From an uncultured Thermomonas sp. (lineage in GTDB: Bacteria > Pseudomonadota > Gammaproteobacteria > Xanthomonadales > Xanthomonadaceae), in NCBI GenBank assembly GCA_966203835.1, contig CBIHKW010000004.1, positions 705-64,704 on the forward strand: a stretch of DNA of 64,000 nucleotides, in the 5' to 3' direction. The position numbers were made by a program, and so were the translations under genes. Below the pieces are notes generated by a model. The model was not told the origin of the DNA and did not search any database. It saw nothing but the letters and a program-made list of their open reading frames with translations. Shown here in pieces: positions 41,089-50,572 of the stretch; positions within the stretch are counted from its first letter, which is position 1, and every line of letters starts with the position of its first letter.

Positions 41089-42528
41089 TTACCCGCGCGG
41101 CCGAACCCGCGGCCGCGCACCTTCGACCGGAATCGGCTCGAACATCGCCGGATTCAGCAGTTTCAGCGCGTCGCGACAGTCGAGATACGGATAGTTGCGG
41201 CCGGTGGCGCCGTCCTGGATGCGCGTCGGCGACAGCTTCATCGCTTCCATCCGCTGCGCGACCGTGCTGGCGGGCGCGGCCTGTTTCAACGCGACCGCGC
41301 AGGCGGCGACCATCGGCGCGGCCTGCGAGGTGCCGCCGAAATTCGAAGTGCCGCCGTTGATGCCCGGCGCGCGGACGAACGCGCCGGCGGCGAACAGATC
41401 GGTGGTGGTGCTGCGATTGGAGAAACAGGTCGGCTGGAAGGGCGCAGTCGCGCCTTCGGTGCAGCCCAGGAAGGTGATCGCGGGGCCGGTGAAATCCCAG
41501 GTCGCGGCCGTGGAGACCACGTTGCGGATGCACGACGGCGCGCCCATGTTGCCGAGATTGCCCTGATTGCCCGAGGAGGCGGTCACCACCGCGCCCAATG
41601 CATTGAGATTGGCCACCGCCACCGCGAGCGCCTGCGTCCACGCGGCCGAGGTGTCGCAGTCGCCGGGTAAAAGCGTGTCGGTGCCGAGGCTGAGATTGAC
41701 CGCATCGATGTCGGGATGCTGCGTCGCCAGCCAATCCAGCGCGGCCACTACGTCCGAGGTCGAATTGAAGCGGTTGTTGCGGTCGATCACCTTCACCGCG
41801 ACCAGATTCACCGCCGGCAGCGCGCCGCGCGGCGCGACCGTGCCGGCGCCGCCGATGATGCCGGCGACATTCGTACCGTGGCCCTGGTCGTCTTCGGCCG
41901 AACCCACGCCCGACTGGCTGCTGCCGCCGTTCGGACAACAGCCGCTGCCGACGCTGCAGAAACACGCCTGACCAACGATCCTGCCGAGGAAATCGGCGTG
42001 ATCGGTATCGATGCCGGTGTCGACCACGCCGACCTTCATCCCGGCGCCGCCGACGCCGAGCGCCGTGAGCTGATGCACCTGGTTCTGCACCGACGCCGCG
42101 TCGGGCTCGACCGCGTGACCGGCGCCGCCGACATCCAGATCCACGCGGACCACGCGACGGTCGCGCGCCAGCGCCGCCAGCGTGTTCGCATCGGCCATCA
42201 GCACGAACGCCGGCACGCGCTCGAAACGCCGCAGCACCTTGCCGCGCGCCCGCGCCGGCAACGCCGACAGCACGCCATCGACCTCACTGCGCACGCGCGG
42301 GTGCAGCTTCGGCGCGGCATCGCGTGTGGGCAAGCGGCCGTTCGCGGCGAGGACAGCATTCGCGGCGCGATCGCGCAACATCACCACCACGCGCACCTCG
42401 CCGTCGCGCTGCGCCTGTTGCTGCGCCGCCGCGGACACCAGCTGCGCCTGCGCCGGCAGCGCCGCCGCCAACAGCGAGGCCGTCAAAAGCGCGATCCAGA
42501 TCGCGCTCAAAGTCCGAATCGTTTTCAT
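41089..42528 (-). CDS. S8 family (subtilisin-like) serine peptidase, secreted
   Basis: I chose the start MKTIRTLSAIWIALL, preceded by GAGAGG. It has a propeptide-like N-terminus and the catalytic triad motifs VGVVDTGID, HGTNVAGII and GGTSQAAPMV. Confidence 0.9.
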   Translation of the reverse strand: MKTIRTLSAIWIALLTASLLAAALPAQAQLVSAAAQQQAQRDGEVRVVVMLRDRAANAVLAANGRLPTRDAAPKLHPRVRSEVDGVLSALPARARGKVLRRFERVPAFVLMADANTLAALARDRRVVRVDLDVGGAGHAVEPDAASVQNQVHQLTALGVGGAGMKVGVVDTGIDTDHADFLGRIVGQACFCSVGSGCCPNGGSSQSGVGSAEDDQGHGTNVAGIIGGAGTVAPRGALPAVNLVAVKVIDRNNRFNSTSDVVAALDWLATQHPDIDAVNLSLGTDTLLPGDCDTSAAWTQALAVAVANLNALGAVVTASSGNQGNLGNMGAPSCIRNVVSTAATWDFTGPAITFLGCTEGATAPFQPTCFSNRSTTTDLFAAGAFVRAPGINGGTSNFGGTSQAAPMVAACAVALKQAAPASTVAQRMEAMKLSPTRIQDGATGRNYPYLDCRDALKLLNPAMFEPIPVEGARPRVRPRG

Positions 42529-42561
42529 GGTCGCCTCTCGGGTTGTTCGCTGCGCATGCAT

Positions 42562-45500
42562 TCAGTCGACTTTCTTTTCGGGCGGCGATGCGGTCGTCGC
42601 CACGATTTCCGCAGCGATCGCGATCCGCGCCGCGGCGGTGCGCGCGCGGGTCGACTCGCCGTACATCAGTTCCGCCAGCGCGGGCGCGGCGAGATAGTCG
42701 CCGGTGTTGCCGACGCGCGCGAAATAATGCACCTCATGCCGGCCCGCAGGCAGGAATTCGGCATAGAACTTCGGCGCGCGCGGATCCAGCCGGCGGGTGC
42801 GGAACCAGTCGCTGCCCTCGTCGGATACCTGCTGCAGATCCAGCCCAGCCACCCCGCTCAAGGCCAGATCGGTCGGACGCAAACCGCCCGGCACCGCGTC
42901 GGTGATCGCCACGAAATAGCGATCCGCGCCGGTGTCGAGCGTCAGCGTGACGCGCAGCCAGTCGCCGTCGCGGAGCGTTTCTTTGTCGGCCGCTACCCAG
43001 CCGCGCTCGCGCAGCACCGCGTATCGCCGCGCCAATACGAAACCGACCGCGGTCGAACTGGCCTCGCGCGCGTCTTCGCGATAGCTGATTTCGGCGATGT
43101 AACTGGCTGGGGCATCGCCTTCGACATGCGGGGTCAGCTGCAGCGGCGCTTTCGCCGTGCTCGACGTCAGGGCACGCTGCCAATGCTGCGCGGGTGCGCC
43201 GGGTTCGAGGCGTAGCGCGCCGCGTTCGTCGCCGTGCGCGATGTCGAGCGCCAACGTCTCATCGGGTTTGCGCTTACCCAATGCGCGCAGTGCGATCAGG
43301 CAGCTGGCGCCGGTCTGTGTGTCCACGGCCGCGAAGCCGCCGGCATACAGATCGCCGAGACCTGCGATCAGCGAACGCCGCAATGCGACATCCCCGGCGT
43401 CCGGGAAATCGAAGAGCAGGCCGATGAATTCGCACTGCTCGCGCAGATCGGAGCTCATCCAGCGGTCGTGACGGATATCGCTGCGCAGGGTGCTCGCTTC
43501 GCCGCGGCGTCTGGTCGCGTCGCGCAGCTTCGCGACCGCTTCGGCCGCGGCCGGATGCTGGCCGGCGAGCATCGCGCGCGTGGTCGCCACCCGCGCCGGC
43601 AAGCCGAGCGCGGGCCACTGCCGCCACAGAAAGCCCACCACATCGCTGCCGGGGCGCGTTTGCGCCGCAGCGACGAACGCGGTCTGCTCGGCCTGCGCGA
43701 TGCCGTCTCCGGAAGGCCGACTGCGCCGCTGCAGGAAGCCTTCGCCGCGCCCCACCGCTTCGCCGGGCACCGCATGGCCCATCTCGCCCAACAGGCGCAG
43801 CGCGCGCACGCTATAGGCGGTCAGCGCGTGCTGCGCCTTCTCTTCGTCGTAGCGCCCCGGGTCTTCGCCATCGGCAAAATAACGGAAGGCGCCGTTCTCG
43901 CCCTGGAACACCGCAATATTTTCGACGACTTCCTGCACCGCGGCCTTGGCATCCGGCCAGCGGTCGCCATCGCCGCGTTCGATCGCGATGGCCGCAGCGA
44001 CACCGCGACTGAGGATCTGTTCCCAGCAGCGATGCGGATACGCATGCAGATCGTCGATCCATTGATGCACCAGCGCATCGGCGCCGGGCAGCAGCGACAC
44101 CCGCAGCGCGATATCGCTGGCGCTGCGCGGCAGCGCCGGCGCATCGAGACGCAAGGGCGTGGCGCCGAGCCAGCCGGCCTGGACCTTGCGCGCTTCGATG
44201 GTCGGCGAGGCGAGTTCGATCAATGCCGACACCGCGTCGCTGTCCTCGCCGCTGCGCGCGGCGGCCACCGCTGTCAGCGTCCGCGATGCGCCATCGGTCT
44301 GTTCGCGGAGATCGATATCGGCCGGCGCGATCCGCAACGGCAGCGTCGTCTGCCCGCGCGGCGCCAGCGCGAGCATGCGGGTCGCATCAACGCCGAGCGT
44401 CTCGACCTGCAGCGTCGCATCGACATCGGCGACGCGATCGCCGCTCTGACGCACGTTGGCGACCAGATCCGCACGGTCGCCCGGATACACCCGCACCGGC
44501 GTCTGCAGGCGCACTTCCAGCGGCAGTCCGACCTCGAACGTGGCCTCGGCCATTTCGAAGCCGTCGTCGGCGTCGCTGCTCCAGGCCACCGCGCGCCAGC
44601 GGGTGAGGTTGTCGGGCGTGGTGAATTCGATGGTGCGGGTTTCGCCCGGCGCGAGACGGATGTCGGGCTGCCACAGCGCGGTGTCGGCGAAGTCGCGACG
44701 CAGGCGTGCGCCGAACAGCGCTTTGGCGTCGGCTACACGCTGTGCGTCGCCGTTGCGCGGCGGGATGTCCAAGCGTCCCTGTCCATCGCGCGGCAGTCCA
44801 TTATTGATGCCCGGCAGCACATCGCCAGCGGATTTCAATCCTTCCGCCTCGATCTTCGCGCGATCGATCAACAGCACCGGCGACGCCCCCTCACCCGGAG
44901 AGAATTCATCGACGCGCGCGATACGCGAACCGGTGACGACGATGCTATCCAGCCCATCGTCCGATTCTGCGCCGGCATTCGTTTGCAGCGCCGGCGGTGG
45001 CGGGGGTGACGGCGCCGCTGCTGCTTGCGGACCGTCCACCGGGCTGGTTTCATCGAACACCACAGGCGGCGGCTCTTCGGACGACGCAGCGTCCGCTACC
45101 TCGGGCTGCGCTGCTTCTTGCGCAGGCTGGCGCGCGTTGGGCCAGTGCAACCGACGCTGCCACGGGGTCTTATTCCAGTCGCGGAAGCCGGCGAGGAACG
45201 GCCGATGGCTCCAGTCGTCGGCCCGCATGCCCAGCCAGCGTTCGCCACTCGGATCGAAATACAACCACCATTCGGCACCGAGCGCACGCACCGCATCGTC
45301 CAGTACCGCCAGGGTCGCGGTGCGCGGCGTGCTGCCGCCGTTGTGCAGGCGGATGCGCAGCACCTGCGCCGGCGCGGTGCGTTCCTTGTCGAGCGTCAAC
45401 CCGAGCTGCGGTGCGCGATCGGGACGCGGCACGACGATCATGATGGAGGTCGCGTCGCTCTTCGCCGGCAGACGCAGACCGTTCGCATCGATCCCGGCGT

Positions 45501-48450
45501 CGGCGCGTTCGCGCACCAGCGCATGCACATTGACCTGGCCGCGCCCAGCGGCGCCCAGCGGCAGTAGCAGCTCGCGCGCACCGCCCTCGATGGCGATCGC
45601 CCGGCTGTCGAGCAGCGCGCCCTCGGATTCGATGACGATCATCGCCTGCGCGCGCGCGTACGGCGATTTCAGCAGCAGGCGCGCAGGCGCGTCGGGGGTG
45701 GCCGGCGCTTCGACGATCTCGATCGCGAGCCGCTGCGACGTTGCGCCGCTGCCTCCGGCCCACACATAGCGCTCGATCTCGACCGGCGCCGCGTCGCCGC
45801 TGCGCGCGGTGATCAGGTAGCGGCCACTGCGCTTGCGCGGGAAATCGCAGGGGGTCGTGGTGCCGGCCATCAGTGCGCAGCGGGCGATGGTTTCGCGCTT
45901 CGCGTCCTTGTCGCCGTCGCCGCCGAAACCGGGCAGATATTCGACCGCGACTTCGATCGCGGCGCCAGCCTGGGCGTGGCCGTCGGCATCGATCACCACC
46001 CCGTCGAGGCGCAGCGGCGTGGTCGCATCGAACCAGCGCGGTGCGATACGCAGGCCGACATAGCGCGGGTACCGCGCATAGCGCGCCTGCGCCGCATTGC
46101 TCACGGTGCCTTCGCGCGCTTCCAGCTTGACCTCCGCGGTGAGCTGCAGCCGACCGAACGCGGGCAGATCAGCCTCGGTGTCGCCCTTGTCGAGTTCGAA
46201 TGTCAGCGGCAGCTCGATCCTTTTCTTTCCGTCGCGGTCGAGCTTGCCCCAGTCGCGGGACTGGCCCCGCAGCGACACGCCATCGCGGCCGGCACCGCGG
46301 TCGACGTCGATGAAACTGTAGTCGGCATAGGCGGGATACGCGCTGGACAGCGGCAGGCCGGTGAGCATGGCCGACACCCGACCCAGCGCGACTTCCGCGG
46401 CACCGCCGCCGGAGTAATAGCCTGCGGCGATATCGGCGACGAACGTATCGCCGTCGCGCAACACGCGGTCCTCGGCGCTGGCTTCCGCCCACAGATCCTG
46501 CGAACGGTAGGTACCGACGAAGAAACACACGTCGTTGTCCCCTCGCCCGGCGTCCATCCGGATGCAGTAATTGCCGTCCACCAGATGCTGCGGCAGACGT
46601 TCCTCGCCCGCGATGCCGCCCAGATCGTCGGGCGTCGCGGTCCAGGTGCGCAGCGTTTTGTCTTCGTCGCTGAAATACAGATTCAGCTGGACCTTCGCCG
46701 TCTCCTGCATGCGCAGCAGACGGCCTTCTCTGCGCTCGCGCAGCCACAGGCGATAGCGGACGGTGTCGCCGGCGCGGTATAGCGGACGGTCGACGACGCC
46801 CCACAGACGCGCGTCGATCCGATGCATGCCGAGATTCAGGCCGTAACGCTGCACGGCGTCCAGCGGCAGCAGCGCGCGGCGCGCGCCAGTCTGCGCGCGC
46901 AACAACCACTGCGGCGGCGGCACGCCGCGCTTCTCCGCGGGCATGCGGAAGTCATCCGGCAAGCGCAGGCGCAGCAAGCCGTCTCGGTCACTGCGGCCGG
47001 CAACGATGCGTGTCGGAGGCTCACCATTTATATGCAACAGCAATTCGATATCTGCACCGGCGATCGCGGCGCCGCCCTTCCATTCCGTCGCCCATGCCAC
47101 CAGCTCGCGTCGGGTGGCGTAGGCGCTGAGTTCGAACTGCGGCGCGACGACGTGCATGGTCTCGCGATCGCCATGACGCCATTGCGCCCAGCCGCCCGCT
47201 GCGAGCGCACGTGCGCTGGCATCGGCATTCACGCCCGCCGCGCCGCCGCGCGAATCGGGCGTGCTCACGGTGTTGGCGGCGAATCCACCCGCAAGCGCGT
47301 CCACCCGCAGTTCGACCGGTTCGGCATTGACGCTGCGGATCGGGTCGCGCGCCGGGTCGCCGAGCAGCAGCGCGCGAGCCGAAGCCTGCAGTTGCGGGCG
47401 CGCCTCGCTGGTGGCGATGCGCAACCGCACCGGCGCCAGCGCGCGGCTGCGATCATCATGGATCGTGTCGCCGAGCGCGAAGGTTTCGCTCGACGACGAC
47501 GCATCGAAACGCAGTTGAAAGCCGGCGCCCGGCCGGCGCTGCACGTTGTCGGAGCCGCGCATGCCCGGCCACCAGCCGTTGTCGTTCTGGTCCTCAACGT
47601 TCAAGGCCTTCGGCAACATCGCTGCGATCGCGTTCCGGCCGGCCACGTTTAGTGGCGACGAAAACGTCAGCCAGATCGGTTCGCCGGGCACGCAAACGGT
47701 ATTGAGCAGTCCCTTGCGCACCGAGCGCTGTACCTGGCGCGACGGTCCTTCGCAATGCACCGACCGTAATTGGAACGGCTCGCGGTCCACGAAGCGCAGG
47801 AGTTGGCCATTCTGTTTGCCGGGCAGCGGGCCTTCGGTCGTGCGCAGCCCGGGCACGATCCGCAGCTCGACTTCCGCGCCGATATCGAGGTCGTCGGGCA
47901 AGTTCAGCGCGAAGCGCGACTTCAGCCACTCCTGTCCTTCGAACGGCAGCGCCTGCAGTGAGAGATTCGACCACTCGCGACCGTTGCTGCGCAGACGCAG
48001 CACGTTCGCCACCGCGTCGAGCGCCAATGCGCGCTCACTTTCGATCAGGATCCGCGGCCGCAGGCCATCCCACCCGCCGATGCTCGCGCGCAGGCTCGGC
48101 CGGGAAGTCTCTGTCTTGAAGGTGCGCACGGGCAGCCGCTGGCCTGCGGCCGTCTGCAGTCCTTCGGAAAGTACGAGGGCCACCGGGGTCGCAGCAGGCA
48201 GCGGATCGCCTTCGATCTTGCAGTTGAGCTCGATATCGTCCTGCCAGACGCAGACGTAACGACGCGACGGCACGGACGACACGAGGTCGTGCAACTCGAC
48301 GTTGTCCAACACCCGCATCGACTCGGAAAATTCGATCCGCAGCCTGTCTTCTCCGAGATCGACTTCGATCTCCGGATCCTTGCCGATGGCGACCGGCGCG
48401 ACGAGCGCTGCCCACAACGCGAACATGCCAATGGCGATGCGATGCGGCAT
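42562..48450 (-). CDS. alpha-2-macroglobulin family protein with a thioester motif
   Basis: 1962 aa with a signal peptide lacking a lipobox. Post-bait signature RRDFADTALWQPDIRL...TTPDNLTRWRAVAW. Thioester motif YPHRCWEQ (Cys at about residue 1475, codon at 44026-44028). GAGGGGA SD sequence upstream. Confidence 0.9.
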   Translation of the reverse strand: MPHRIAIGMFALWAALVAPVAIGKDPEIEVDLGEDRLRIEFSESMRVLDNVELHDLVSSVPSRRYVCVWQDDIELNCKIEGDPLPAATPVALVLSEGLQTAAGQRLPVRTFKTETSRPSLRASIGGWDGLRPRILIESERALALDAVANVLRLRSNGREWSNLSLQALPFEGQEWLKSRFALNLPDDLDIGAEVELRIVPGLRTTEGPLPGKQNGQLLRFVDREPFQLRSVHCEGPSRQVQRSVRKGLLNTVCVPGEPIWLTFSSPLNVAGRNAIAAMLPKALNVEDQNDNGWWPGMRGSDNVQRRPGAGFQLRFDASSSSETFALGDTIHDDRSRALAPVRLRIATSEARPQLQASARALLLGDPARDPIRSVNAEPVELRVDALAGGFAANTVSTPDSRGGAAGVNADASARALAAGGWAQWRHGDRETMHVVAPQFELSAYATRRELVAWATEWKGGAAIAGADIELLLHINGEPPTRIVAGRSDRDGLLRLRLPDDFRMPAEKRGVPPPQWLLRAQTGARRALLPLDAVQRYGLNLGMHRIDARLWGVVDRPLYRAGDTVRYRLWLRERREGRLLRMQETAKVQLNLYFSDEDKTLRTWTATPDDLGGIAGEERLPQHLVDGNYCIRMDAGRGDNDVCFFVGTYRSQDLWAEASAEDRVLRDGDTFVADIAAGYYSGGGAAEVALGRVSAMLTGLPLSSAYPAYADYSFIDVDRGAGRDGVSLRGQSRDWGKLDRDGKKRIELPLTFELDKGDTEADLPAFGRLQLTAEVKLEAREGTVSNAAQARYARYPRYVGLRIAPRWFDATTPLRLDGVVIDADGHAQAGAAIEVAVEYLPGFGGDGDKDAKRETIARCALMAGTTTPCDFPRKRSGRYLITARSGDAAPVEIERYVWAGGSGATSQRLAIEIVEAPATPDAPARLLLKSPYARAQAMIVIESEGALLDSRAIAIEGGARELLLPLGAAGRGQVNVHALVRERADAGIDANGLRLPAKSDATSIMIVVPRPDRAPQLGLTLDKERTAPAQVLRIRLHNGGSTPRTATLAVLDDAVRALGAEWWLYFDPSGERWLGMRADDWSHRPFLAGFRDWNKTPWQRRLHWPNARQPAQEAAQPEVADAASSEEPPPVVFDETSPVDGPQAAAAPSPPPPPALQTNAGAESDDGLDSIVVTGSRIARVDEFSPGEGASPVLLIDRAKIEAEGLKSAGDVLPGINNGLPRDGQGRLDIPPRNGDAQRVADAKALFGARLRRDFADTALWQPDIRLAPGETRTIEFTTPDNLTRWRAVAWSSDADDGFEMAEATFEVGLPLEVRLQTPVRVYPGDRADLVANVRQSGDRVADVDATLQVETLGVDATRMLALAPRGQTTLPLRIAPADIDLREQTDGASRTLTAVAAARSGEDSDAVSALIELASPTIEARKVQAGWLGATPLRLDAPALPRSASDIALRVSLLPGADALVHQWIDDLHAYPHRCWEQILSRGVAAAIAIERGDGDRWPDAKAAVQEVVENIAVFQGENGAFRYFADGEDPGRYDEEKAQHALTAYSVRALRLLGEMGHAVPGEAVGRGEGFLQRRSRPSGDGIAQAEQTAFVAAAQTRPGSDVVGFLWRQWPALGLPARVATTRAMLAGQHPAAAEAVAKLRDATRRRGEASTLRSDIRHDRWMSSDLREQCEFIGLLFDFPDAGDVALRRSLIAGLGDLYAGGFAAVDTQTGASCLIALRALGKRKPDETLALDIAHGDERGALRLEPGAPAQHWQRALTSSTAKAPLQLTPHVEGDAPASYIAEISYREDAREASSTAVGFVLARRYAVLRERGWVAADKETLRDGDWLRVTLTLDTGADRYFVAITDAVPGGLRPTDLALSGVAGLDLQQVSDEGSDWFRTRRLDPRAPKFYAEFLPAGRHEVHYFARVGNTGDYLAAPALAELMYGESTRARTAAARIAIAAEIVATTASPPEKKVD

Positions 48451-48711
48451 TCAGGATTCCCCTCGACAGACTGCTGGCGGTCATCGTGACCGATCGAACC
48501 CGGATCGCCAACATGGACGGACCGGAGTCATCGGCAACGCGCGTCGATGGAAAAAGGGGTCGAAAGCGGGCGTTACGGGCGCGATCCGCCGCGCGGGCCG
48601 ACATGGCCATCATTGCGATGGCTTCGCGCGCGCGCGCGGCGCTGTCAGCGGGAAACCCCGCGGGCGGGCGCTGCCGCGCGCCGCGGGGCGAAAGCGATGA
48701 TCCGGATGCGG

Positions 48712-49119
48712 TTATTCGATGGCCGACAACTGCATGTTGGTGGCCATGTCCTTGGCGATGTTGTTGACCCAGCCCAGGTAGTTCGAGTGGATGAAGCGCT
48801 TGCCGTTGCGCTGTTTGTAATCGAGGTCGACGCTGCTGACGTAGGCGATGCGGACGGTCTGGGCGTCCCAGGTCACGAGGATCTTCGCGGTGTGGGTGCG
48901 GAGGTTGAGGGTGGATTCGATTTCGCCGGGACGCTCGGCGGTGATCGCCCAGCCGCGGCCGATCAGGGCGCGCTTGATGTCCTTGACCGCCTTCTCCTGC
49001 GAGAGGCCGGCGGGAATGGACACCGGGGCGGGATCGACCAGCGGCGCCTGGCGGGCCTGGATGGCGCCGCTGAAGGCGAGCAGCGTAAGAGCGGACAGAA
49101 CGATGGCGGAAAAACGCAC
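48712..49119 (-). CDS. small secreted hypothetical protein
   Basis: 135 aa, GTG start preceded by AAGGGGG, signal peptide FSAIVLSALTLLAFSGAIQA. I recognise no family. Confidence 0.55.
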   Translation of the reverse strand: MRFSAIVLSALTLLAFSGAIQARQAPLVDPAPVSIPAGLSQEKAVKDIKRALIGRGWAITAERPGEIESTLNLRTHTAKILVTWDAQTVRIAYVSSVDLDYKQRNGKRFIHSNYLGWVNNIAKDMATNMQLSAIE

Positions 49120-49285
49120 GGAAACCCCCTTGGAATACGACGAATGAAAAGGAAACTGAACAGGAATGCGGCTCCCCGTCCGGCGGCGAACAGGATAACG
49201 CGCGGTTTCGCGGGAATCGACCCGCGGACCCGCCGGGAATGGACAGCGACGGCTATAATCCGGCTCTTTTTCGAAAACAGGCGAC

Positions 49286-50572
49286 GTGGTGTCTTTCGCA
49301 GCGATGTCCTTCCCGCCGATGACGCCACTGGCGATCCGCGCCTATACCGCCACCACCGCGCTCGGCCATGGCCGCGAGGCGCAGGCCGAGGCGCTGCGCG
49401 TGCGCCGCAGCGGCCTGCGCCGCAACGATTTCGGCGACGGCGCCACCGCCGACGCCCGCCTGGACACCTGGATCGGCCGGGTCGACGGCATCGAAACGCT
49501 GGTGCTGCCGCCCGAATTGGCCGCCTACGACTGCCGCAACAACCGCCTCGCCTGGCTGGCGCTGCAGCAGGACGGCCTGCCCGAGGCCATCGCCGCGCTG
49601 CGCGAACGCCACGGCGCCGAGCGCGTCGCGGTGGTCATCGGCACCTCGACCTCCAGCATCGGCGCCAGCGAAGAGGCCTACACGCGACTCGATGACGGTG
49701 CCTTCCCGGCCGATCTGCGCCGCCCGCTGCTGCATACGCCGCATTCGCCGGGCTATTTCGTACAGCTCGCGACCGGTCTGCGCGGCCCCTGCGTCACCGT
49801 GGCCACCGCCTGTTCGTCCAGCGCCAAAGTGTTCGCGCAGGCGGCGCGGCTGATCCACGCGGGCGTGGTCGATGCCGCGCTGGTCGGCGGCGTCGATACC
49901 CTTTGCGGCAGCGTGTTGTTCGGTTTCAACGCGCTGGGGCTGGTCTCGACGCAGCGCTGTCTGCCGTTCGACGCCCGCCGCGACGGCCTGAATCTCGGCG
50001 AAGCCGGCGGCTACGCGCTGCTGGAACGCTGCGACCCCGCGCAGCCGGGCCTGACCCTGCGCGGCTACGGCGAAAGCAGCGACGCCCACCACATGTCCAC
50101 GCCGCATCCGGAAGGGCTCGGCGCGCGGCTGGCGATGCAGGGCGCACTGGCCCGCGCGGGTCTGGCGCCGGCCGATGTCGGTTATCTGAATCTGCACGGC
50201 ACTGCCACGCCGGCCAACGACACCACCGAAGCGATCGCGGTCCGCGGGCTGTTCGGCGAGGGCGCGTTCGGTGACCGCCTGCTCGAAGACGGCATGCCCG
50301 GCAATGGCCTGCACGCAAGTTCCACCAAAGGCTGGACCGGGCACACGCTGGGCGCCGCCGGCATCGTCGAATCGGTGTTCGCGCTGCTCGCGCTTGAGCG
50401 CGGCCTGCTGCCCGGCACGCTCGGCAGCGGTGAAGCTGACGACACGCAGCCCGACCCCGCCTGCGGCCCACAGATCCGTTTCGACAATGCAGAACGCACG
50501 ATCCGATACGCCATGAACAATTCTTTCGGCTTCGGCGGCAACAACGCCTCGCTGGTGTTCGGACGCGAATGA
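49286..50572 (+). CDS. beta-ketoacyl-ACP synthase (aryl-polyene/xanthomonadin KS)
   Basis: Active-site Cys in TVATACSSSAKVF and the His motifs HGTATPAND and GHTLGAAG. The start is uncertain (GTG 49286, ATG 49304 or ATG 49319). Confidence 0.9.
   Translation: MVSFAAMSFPPMTPLAIRAYTATTALGHGREAQAEALRVRRSGLRRNDFGDGATADARLDTWIGRVDGIETLVLPPELAAYDCRNNRLAWLALQQDGLPEAIAALRERHGAERVAVVIGTSTSSIGASEEAYTRLDDGAFPADLRRPLLHTPHSPGYFVQLATGLRGPCVTVATACSSSAKVFAQAARLIHAGVVDAALVGGVDTLCGSVLFGFNALGLVSTQRCLPFDARRDGLNLGEAGGYALLERCDPAQPGLTLRGYGESSDAHHMSTPHPEGLGARLAMQGALARAGLAPADVGYLNLHGTATPANDTTEAIAVRGLFGEGAFGDRLLEDGMPGNGLHASSTKGWTGHTLGAAGIVESVFALLALERGLLPGTLGSGEADDTQPDPACGPQIRFDNAERTIRYAMNNSFGFGGNNASLVFGRE

Noticed and set aside
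42562-48450. A pbpC (PBP1c) or mag-operon partner for the A2M.
   Set aside because: I looked on both sides and found no transglycosylase/transpeptidase or MagA-F-like genes within the window. The absence is reported as part of the A2M finding rather than as a feature.
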